From contig CAVYSY010000039.1 of the NCBI GenBank assembly GCA_963771175.1, positions 397,837 to 461,836 of the forward strand: a stretch of 64,000 nucleotides of DNA, given 5' to 3'. This DNA is from an uncultured delta proteobacterium (lineage in GTDB: Bacteria > Myxococcota > Myxococcia > Myxococcales > Myxococcaceae). Position 1 is the first letter of the stretch. Each line of letters starts with the position of its first letter. Shown piece after piece: positions 55,336-64,000 of this stretch. The translations under genes were made by a program, and so were the position numbers. The notes under the pieces were generated by a model, which saw nothing but the letters and a program-made list of their open reading frames with translations, was not told the DNA's origin and made no database searches.

Positions 55336-56170
55336 CTACTCGCGCCTCCGCCGCCGCGAGCCCAGGCCCACCAGCGCCAGCAGCATCAGCATGCCCGCGC
55401 TGCCCGCCTCGGTGGTGCCGCAGGAGCAGCCACTGCCCTGTCCCCTCAGCGATTGACCCATTCCCTTCACGGGGATCTGCACCTCGGGCTCGATCTCGCC
55501 CTGCAACCAGACCTGCACCTCGTTCGCGGCATCACCCGCCTTGTCGGGATCGAATGCCACCGTGAAGGTGGCGCTCCCTTCAGGCGGAATGGCCAGAGCC
55601 ATTCGCATCCAAGGAGAAGGAGGACTCCTCAGCCGCCTTCAGCATCACGACGACCCGCTGCGCCTGGGCGGACTTGTTGGCGACGGTGATCTCCTTGGGC
55701 TCCACCTTGTTGTTCACGTTCACCCAGCCAAAGTTCTCCACCATGGGTTGATACCCCACGTTCACGATGACGGGCACACCCGGCGCGAGTGGCAGGTTCC
55801 GCAGGGAGTCGCCGTCGAAGATGAAGGGCGCGCCGCTCCTGGACTTTACCTCCGGCATGGCGAGAGTGATGAGATCACTGCTCAGGTTCATGATGCCGTG
55901 GTGGTATGGTGGCCGTACGCCTTCGCCTCGAGCTTCACCAACTCATCGCCCGCTGGGACCGGGTCGACGAACGACAGCACCCCGCCGTCCCAGTTCCCCG
56001 TCCCATCATTCCAATCCAGGCGACGGGTGATCGTGGTGTTCGACTGGCTCTCTCGAGCCAACGTGGTTCCCGCCTGCGGAGCTCCCGCCCCCGGCTCTGT
56101 TGGACCCACCGGCAACCAGCAGGCCAACCGACACAACGATCAGGAAATTGAATCGGAGCACTTGTCCCAC
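55336..56170 (-). pseudogene. Internally deleted relic of an Ig-repeat MYXO-CTERM surface-protein gene
   Basis: A signal-peptide-like start and ~70 aa join directly to partial terminal Ig domains and GCSCG-TM-RRRRRE. Paralogous to the 3' end of 58603..64000. Confidence 0.6.
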
Positions 56171-56283
56171 CCCATACGAAGAGCGGTAGAATTGTATCCG
56201 ACTTCACAGTCGGGGGGGTACCTATATGGAGGTCCCCAGGCCAATTCGTGGCGACCCCAGCTGGAGTCGGCAAAGAGACCCAC

Positions 56284-57775
56284 ATGCGCCGACGCCCTTT
56301 CATCAGGGTAGCAGCGTCCGCGGCGCTGCTGATGTGCTCGCTGGCCTCGGCCCAGCCCACCGAGCAGTTGCCGGGCTTCGATCTGGAGCGGCTGGATACG
56401 AACGTGGGGCGGAGGCACGTTGCTCGTCGGCAACGGCGAGCTGATGGCACCAGGGGGGCTGAGCATCAACCTGCTGGGGCATTACCAGGAACCTGCCCCT
56501 GGTGCTGAGCGATGGTGAGCAGCTGTTGGATGTGGTGCGGCACAGGGCGACCGGGCTGTTGTCCGCCAGCTACGGCGTGCTGCCGGTGGCTCGAGGCTGG
56601 GCAGCACAGGTCCCCTTCGTGCTCTGGCAGGAGGGAGATGATCCACAACAGGTGGGGCTGGCTCTCCTGACGGCCCAGGGCCTGGGCACTCCCGTGCTCC
56701 AGGCACGGTTGGGACTGCTGTCCCAGCGCCACCGTCAACCCGTGGATCTGTCGGCGGACCTGGGCGTGGGGTTGCCGGTGGGCGCCAGTTCGGCCCTGGC
56801 AGGTGACTTGGGCCGCGCTTCCACGCGCGGATGACGGTGGGAGCGAATCTGGGAAGTTGGCCGCGACCCTCTCTGGAGGCGGGCGTGCTCTTCCGCCCTG
56901 CCATCCTCCTGGGCACCGCCGAGAGCGAGAGTACACCAGGAGCGATCTCGGAGGTGCGCCTGGGCACCGCGCTGGCCACCAGAGGCCAGGGGCTGCGGGC
57001 GAGTTGGCCTGCGGGCCACGCTGACCCCCGCGACGTCGCAGCTGTCCATGGAGTTGCTGGGAGGCGTGCGCTTTCCGCTGCTGATCGGGCTGGACGCCTT
57101 CGTCCTGGGAGGTCCCGGCCTGGGCAATGCCCTGGGAACGCCCCGCTTCCGCGTACTCGCCGGCGTCACTTTCAGCAGCGAGCCGCCGCCCCGGATTTCC
57201 TTCCTCGATCAGAACGCGGATCGCGAGCTCCAGCTCACCCTGAGCGCGCCCAAACCGCCACCGGAAGAAGAGCCGGTCCGACGAGCCGGCACCTGGGAGC
57301 TCAGCTCTCTCTCACCCGCGGCGACCCACAGGACTCCTCGACCGGGCCAGCACGCCGGGAGCCCCTACAGCCCTACCAGCCAGGCCCCCAGGAGCGTTCC
57401 TGCCTGGCGGGGGGAGATCCACTTCGAGCCGGCAGCACGGAGTTGCCAGGCGTGGTGCCCCTGCTGGATGGCGACGCGGCCCAGCGGTTGTTGGACCAGG
57501 CCAAGGCGGGCACCATCCTCGTCGAGGGACATGCGGACACCGAGGGGAGCGACACGTCCAACATGATCCTGGCGCTGCAACGCGCCCAGGCGGCGCGCCG
57601 CTACCTGATCGACCAGGGCATCCCCGGGCCCCAGGTGAAGATCCGCAGTCTGGGCTCGAACTGGCCGGTGAGCGCCAAACCCGCCACCGAGGCCGAGCGC
57701 CAACTCAACCGCCGCGCCGAGGTGCTCGTGCTCTCCCCGGAGGCGCCCGTTACCACCCAGGTCCCCACCCCGTAG
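56284..57775 (+). CDS. Outer-membrane beta-barrel plus OmpA-domain protein (TraB-like architecture; multiple frameshifts)
   Basis: Signal peptide, FDLERL..N...LLVGNGEL barrel start, and an OmpA domain (VEGHAD, LQRAQA.RRYL, NRRAEV). Confidence 0.75.
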
Positions 57776-57931
57776 TCGCCTCAGGCGATCCGCTGCCGCA
57801 GCGAGGAGTGCGAGAATTCGTCCGACTGTGCCGACAACGAAGTCTGCACGGACAAGAAGTGCGTCCCAAGGACGGTGGATTCCCACCGGATACGAGCACG
57901 GATGAGGGTACGGAGATGAGCGGCGGAGGAT

Positions 57932-58379
57932 TCATGCTCCGCCGCTGCTCCGGCACGGGCCGCGGGCCTCCACGACCGGCCCGATCCGGGCCCTCCCGAC
58001 CAGCGCCGGCCGGACCGGGAGCGGAGGCACGCGCTCATCGACCGCACGGACGTAGAGCCACGCACCACACCGCCAGAGTACGTCGTAGCGCTGGTGCAAC
58101 AGCGTCCAGAACCGATCCCGAATCTCGACGGCCTTGACGAGGGACGGCGCTCCCGCCTCGCTCTCGACCCCTTGCTGCCCGGGCATCACGCGCAGAGTCC
58201 CGGCGAGTTGCTCCGCCTCGACGAGCTCGGACGCAACCACCGGCGAGCGCCCGGCGATTCGCGCCTCGTTCCTTCGCAACAACGCGACGGCGATTGGCAA
58301 TCGTCCAGTACTCGCCATTGGACACCGGGGCGAGCTTCACGGGCAGCTGCGGCGGCTCCTCGGGAGCGGACTTCTTCAT
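57932..58379 (-). CDS. Hypothetical protein, possibly a fragment (frameshifted)
   Basis: MKKSAPEEPPQLPVKLAP start after GGGAGG, continuing as ...RDRFWTLLHQRYDVLWRCGAWLY. Confidence 0.4.
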
Positions 58380-58602
58380 GCGGCACCTCCCAGGGCAGGG
58401 ACGGAGGTGGAACTGTGGCGCTGGTCGCGGGCGCCGTCACTCCAAGCGGAGCGGCGCAGCGAGGCGAAGTCCGCGACCGTGGAGCGTGGGGTGGCGGACG
58501 CTGGAATGCATGCCTCTTCGCACTGAGCACCGCCTCCAACAGCGTGCCACGGAGGCCCCCCCGGGAACGGCAGGGGCCCCCAGAGAGGCGAAGGCCCTCC
58601 GA

Positions 58603-61600
58603 CTACTCGCGCCGCCGCCGCCGCGAGCTCACCCCCACCAGCGCCAGGAGCGCCATCAGCGCCGCGCTCCCCGCCCCGGTGCTGCCGCAGGAGCAGCCAC
58701 TGCCCGAGCCCGTCAGGGTTTACCATATCCCTTCACGGGTATCTCCAGCTCGGGAGTGGTGACGCCCTGCAACGAGACGTACACCACGTCTCTCTGACCT
58801 CACCCGCATTCTCGGGTTTGAACTTCACCGAGAAGGTAGCAGTCCCCCCCGGCGGGATGCTCTCCGCCAAGCCACTCCCGTCCACGGAGAAGGGAGTCTC
58901 CGCGGGTGTCTCCAGCGACACCAACACGCGCTGCAACTGGTCCGACTTGTTGGTGACGGTAACGGTCTTGACCGGCGGCTGCGCGCGCTTCTCCACCCGG
59001 CCGAAATCCAGGCTCGTCACGTCGGCGCCGAGAATGCTCCTCACCGCCGTCCCCATGAACTGCAAATCCACCCCCTTGGGCACCAGGGACTGGTCGTACC
59101 GAAGCTCAAGACAGTCTCGGAGAAGCCCTCCTTCGTGGGTTGGTACTTCACCTTCTTGATGACGGGCACGCCGGGCATGAGCTGCTGGCCCTCGAGGGAG
59201 CCATAGTCGAAGGTGAAGTCCTCGCCATTGCGGAGCTTCACCTCCGGCGGGGCGAGGGTGATCGGATCGCTGCTCAGGTTCAAGAAGGTGATCGGCTCCT
59301 CTCGCACGCCGGTCTCAGCACGGACTCCTTCGAACTTCACCGACGAGGGACTGATGGCGAGCACCGTGGGGATTCCCTTGCCACGCAAGGCCACCTCGAG
59401 CGGCGCCGACAGCTCCGCGAAGGAGAGCCGCAGCACGGCATTCACATCGGCCAGGACTCGCGGACGGAAGGTCACCTTCAGTGGCACCGGTACACCCTTC
59501 TCCATGATGATCGGCAGTGACAACCGCTCCGGGGTGAACTGGATGGCATCCGTCCCCAACACCCGGATATCCGACAGGGTGACCCGGGCATCCGTGTTGT
59601 TGGTGATGTGCAAGATGCGCGGCTGTGAGGTGTTGTCGACGAGCTGCTGTCCGAAGTCCAACTCGGATTCCACCGAGACGGGCTGAACGACACCCACCCC
59701 GAGGACGGGCACCTGGATGCTGGCACGCCCGGAGAGTCCGGCTCCACGAGCAACTGGACCGAGGCCACCGGCTGCTCCTCGGTCGGCTTGAACGTCAGCA
59801 CCACCACCTCGCTCAGGTTGGGATCGAGGCGAATGGGCACCTTGGAGTGCGTCTTGGTAAAGGCCGCTGCGGCCGCTCCGCTCAGCTCGATGCTCTGGAG
59901 GGAGATCGAACCCGTGCCTTTGTTGGTGATGGTGACAGACTTGGGAGCGGAGTCGGTGCCCACCAGAACACCATCGATGGTCAGCTCGGACGGTGTGACG
60001 TTCAGGATGGGCGAAGTCCCATCCCCCGTGACGTCGAACTTGACGGTCTTGGCATTCGAGGAGATGGATCCCTGGGCCAGCCGCGTTCCCACCGCCGTCG
60101 GGGCGAACCTCAACGGGACGGAGGCGAAGGAACCGGCATCCACCCACATGGGGAAGACACTGCCGCCATCGGCACTGCGCTCGACACTGAAATCCAGCGC
60201 CATCTCCGGGGTGCCCGACGTCCCCCCATCCAGGCCGTCCTTCTTCTCGAAGGAGATGTCATAGATTTCCAGGGTCTTCACGCCCTTGTTCCTGATGGAC
60301 AGCGTCTGAGAGGTGGACGTGCCCACATTGGCCTTACCAAAGCCGATGCTCGTGCGGAGCAACTCCACCTCGGCACCCACGCCCGTGCCCGACACCGTCA
60401 CATTTCGACTGGGATTGAGCGCGGAATCGCTATCGATGGCGAGGGTCGCACTCTGATAGCCGTTCACGGAGGGACTGAAGGTGACAAAGAACTCTTGCGA
60501 GGCCCCCGGTTCCAGCCTCAACCCGGCTGGGAATCCGGAGATGAAAAAGGGGTTGCGTCCGATGGGTTTTGGACCGTCGCGCTCTTGAGTTCCAGCAGGT
60601 AGTCACCACCATTGGTCACCCGCACAATGGTTGGCGAGGAGGAGGCACCCACCTCCACGCCACCATCGAAGATGATTTCGATGGGATTCACGTTCATGAG
60701 CCCGTCGAGCCCAGTCCCCGTCAATGCCACGGATGTGCCTCCATCGGTGGCGATGGCATTGCTGGAGATTGAAAGGGTGTCATCCACCGTCCCCCTCACT
60801 GTTGGGGTGAGGACCACGTCAACCCCAACCGTCTCTTCCTTTCCCACCACCAAGGGGCTCCCTGGAGACGGAAGGGTCGTGGGAGACGAGATGGAGTAGT
60901 CGAACTTCGTGAAGGAGAACCCCACGATCTTGAGCGGGGCCGTGCCCTCGTTCTTGATGTTCCCCGGTCGGCGCCGGGGTGTCCCGCGCGCTGATTACCG
61001 AAATCCAGCCTGTTCGTAGACAGCCCGAGCCGCGCGGAAACGCCGCTGCCAATCAGGGGGAGCTCCAGCGGACTGTTGACGGCGTCCGAGGTGAGGACGA
61101 GGTACGCGGAGTAATCAGCGTTTTGCGTCGGTGAGAAGTCCACCTGGAACTCGACGAACCCACCATCCGGCGCAATGTCCTGGTACGTGCTCGAGCCGAG
61201 ATAACTGAAAGGACCGGCGGACGGCGCAGTCCCACCATCTGACAGCCGGGTGACGACCGCGGCGCCTGTCATGTCGAGCGGCGCGCCTCCAATGTTCGTG
61301 AGCCGCACCGTCGCCTGCTTCGCGCTGTCGACCTCCACGGATCCGAAATTGAGCGTGGTGAGCGGAGTACCGCCATCAAGGGTAAGCTGCGCCCTCGCTT
61401 CGTTGCCCCTGCCCGAAAGACTCAGCCTGTGAGGGCTGTTATCGGCCGTACTCCCCACGGTGATGGTTCCAATGAACTCCCCAGTCGTGCCAGGCGTGAA
61501 CTTCGCCTTGAAGGTTTTACTGGGATCGGCAGGCGTGAGGATCACAGGGGTGAAACCCACCAATTCGAACCGCGAGGAGGAACTGGACACCGTTGTGAGA

Positions 61601-64000
61601 GTGATATCGAAGGTACCGTTATTGGTGAAGGTGACATCCCTCTCCGCGAACGACCCGACGGGCACGTCACCGAAGTCGATGGCGGTAGTGGACACGAGCA
61701 CCTCCATCACCAGCGAGATTGATGGTGACCGTGCTCTGGGTCGGGTCATTGGTATTGAAGGTGATGCTCCCTGTGGCCAAATTCTGTTCGATGGGATGGA
61801 ACGTCACCTGAAGTGTCTTCGAGCCGCCCGCGTCCAGCAGGCTGAACGGCAGCATCGAGTCGAGCCCGAAGGGCCCAGTCACCTGGATGTCGGTAATCTT
61901 CAGGGTACCACTGCCGGTATTGCTCACGGTCAGTTCCTTGGGGCGCGCTGGCAGTCCCGACGGTCTGGGAGCCAAAGTCGAGTGCCGTGGGACTCGCCTG
62001 GACGGTGGGCTTCACCCCCCTGCCGGAGAGGTACACGGTGGCGGAAGGCGTGGTCTCGTAATCCGTGGTGAGGGTGAGCGAGCCCGGAAGCACGCCCTCG
62101 CTCGTGGGAGTGAACGTCACCAAGAGCATCTTTGTTCGCCCCACTCGCCAGCGAGAACGATCCGCTCGTGACCACCGAGAAGGGCGGGGCGACGGAGACG
62201 GTGTTGATGGTGATGGGGCCGCTTCCCGTATTGCTCAGCGTCACCTCCCTGGCCACGCTCGGGGTGTTCACTCGCTGCTCACCGAAGTCGAGCGGGGCGT
62301 TGGCGGAGGTGCTGGGAGTCACCGCGAGCATGGGCTTCACCCCCGAGCCCGACAGGTTGACGGTGGCCGCGGGCGTGCTTGGGTCATTGCTGGAGAAGGT
62401 GAGCATGCCCGAGAGCGAGCCCTCGCTCGTGGGGCTGAACGTCACGGAGAGGGACTTTGAACCGTCAGGCGCCAACTCGAACCCAGCGGTCGACGACACC
62501 GCGAAGGGTCCGTCGGTGGTCACGCCGCTGACCTTCAGCGTCTCGGTACCGGAGTTGCGCACCATCACCGTCTGGGGCCCGCTGGTGGTGCCCACTCTCT
62601 GGCTGACCGAAGTTGATGGGGGTTGGACTCAGCGCGATGGTGGGCTTGATGCCCGTGCCCTTCAGGGGGAGGTTGACCGTGGGCCTGTCCGGGTCATCGC
62701 TCGCTACGGCGAGGGTGCCCGACTGGTCCGTGCCCGCGACGATAGGACTGAACCGCACCGAGAGGGTGTGGGTGCCGCCATCCGCCGCCACCGGGAACCC
62801 AGCGGACGACAACACCTCGAAGGGTCCGCTGGTGATGGTCGCGGAGCTGACGTTCAGCTGGGAGGAGCCGGGGTTGCTCACCGTGACCGTCTGCCAATCG
62901 CTGGAGGTGTTCGCCTCCCTGAGCGGCAAAGATGAGGCCCGCGTCTGGACTCAGCAGGACGGCGGGGTCGATGCCGGTGCCCGACAGGGGGAGGTTGGCC
63001 GTGGGCCTGTCCGGGTCATCGCTCGTTACGGTGAGGACACCCGGCTGGTCGCCCTCGGCCGAGGGACTGAACCTCACCGAGAGGTCGTAGGAGCCACCAT
63101 CCGCCGCAACCTGGATCCTCCTCGTCCGTCGACACCTCGTAGGGGCCGCTGGTGATGGCCACGGCGCTGACGTTCAGGCTCGCGGAACCCGTGTTGCTCA
63201 CCGTTACCGTCTGATAGCCGCTGGAGGTCTTCACCAGCTGCGACTCAAAGGTGAGTGGGTTCGGGCTCAGCCCGATGGTGGACTTCACCCCCGTGCCCGA
63301 TAGGGGGACGTCGAAAGTCGGTCTGACCGGGTCAGTGGTCTCGATGGTGAGGGTGCCCTGGCCGACTCCCGCGTCCGTGGGATTGAACGTCACGGGGAAT
63401 GACACGCTGGAGCCCACCGTCACCTTCTGCGGAAATCCCGCGTCCGTGGTCACGACGAAAGGCTCACCGGGGCCGATGTAGACCTTCGTAATATTGAACA
63501 AGTAGGCGGAGGGCACGTCACCCACGTTGCGCACGGTCACCGTCTGCGCCGTGCTCGTGCTGTTCACGCGCTGCGCCCCAAAGGTGAGCGACTCGGGGCT
63601 CACCTCGGCGGCGAACGGCACTCCCCTGCCGGAGAGGGGGAGGTCCACCCTCGGATTGTTGGCCGGAAAGCCCGCATCCGTTTCATCGCTGGTGAAGGAG
63701 AGAATGCCCGAGGCCACGCCACCATCCTTGCCGATTGACAGCGGGCGTGAACGTCACCACCAAGTCCTTTGTTTGGCCCGGAGTCAGGTCGAATGGCACA
63801 GTCCCAGAGGGAGTCAGGACAACGGTAAAGGTCCCACCGACGGCATCCTGGATGGAGGGGGTGATCGACTTGACAGTCGCCTCACCGGTGTTTTGCACCT
63901 TTACGGGCTGCGGAGCACTGGTGGTGCCCTCCTGCTGATTGCCAAAATCCAAACTGCCACCGTCGGGGATGAGGATCGCGAGGGTCCGTGGCAGGTAGGT
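58603..64000 (-). CDS. Giant multi-Ig (ASH/choice-of-anchor-D-like) repeat surface protein with MYXO-CTERM; 5' end outside the window; many frameshifts
   Basis: Repeated ~105-aa units (LDFG.Q......V.V.N.G...L......F......L.PG.....V.F.P...G.L....D......L.G.G). Ends GCSCGSTGAGSAALMALLALVGVSSRRRRRE*. Confidence 0.85.

Overview
This is GC-rich myxobacterial DNA (Myxococcota, Archangium/Cystobacter-like, judged from MYXO-CTERM proteins and an Nla6/Nla6S-like pair). Many single-base frameshifts break conserved genes and are most likely read or assembly errors, so coordinates of frameshifted genes are approximate. The first ~30 kb looks like core chromosome: ArsA-type ATPase, sigma54 regulator with an atypical kinase, dCMP deaminase, protease, PrkA-type kinase, Cys-rich lipoprotein, short Hsp70, clpX, truA, an RHH gene preceded by 11-bp-phased GGATCA arrays, larE, cysC, a MoeB/TusA/MoaD/JAB sulfur-carrier operon, a NarL-type two-component system, an AI-2E transporter, an unannotated 35-aa basic protein and a DmpA peptidase. 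From ~30 to 55 kb lies the main finding, an atypical type VI secretion locus whose proteins and gene set resemble the Francisella pathogenicity island (T6SS subtype ii) more than the canonical T6SS-i. It has IglA/IglB-like sheath, a non-Hcp tube gene, a VgrG split into hub and short needle, a DUF4280 tip, IglI/IglJ-like genes and no ClpV. Unexplained additions are a catalytically degenerate acyl-CoA-synthetase-fold gene and a convergent operon encoding a fused TssB-TssC sheath paralogue, a second spike hub and a long helical-repeat protein. From ~55 to 64 kb are a collapsed MYXO-CTERM gene relic, a beta-barrel/OmpA gene and a giant Ig-repeat MYXO-CTERM surface protein. All homology calls come from motif recognition and recalled sequences, not database searches.
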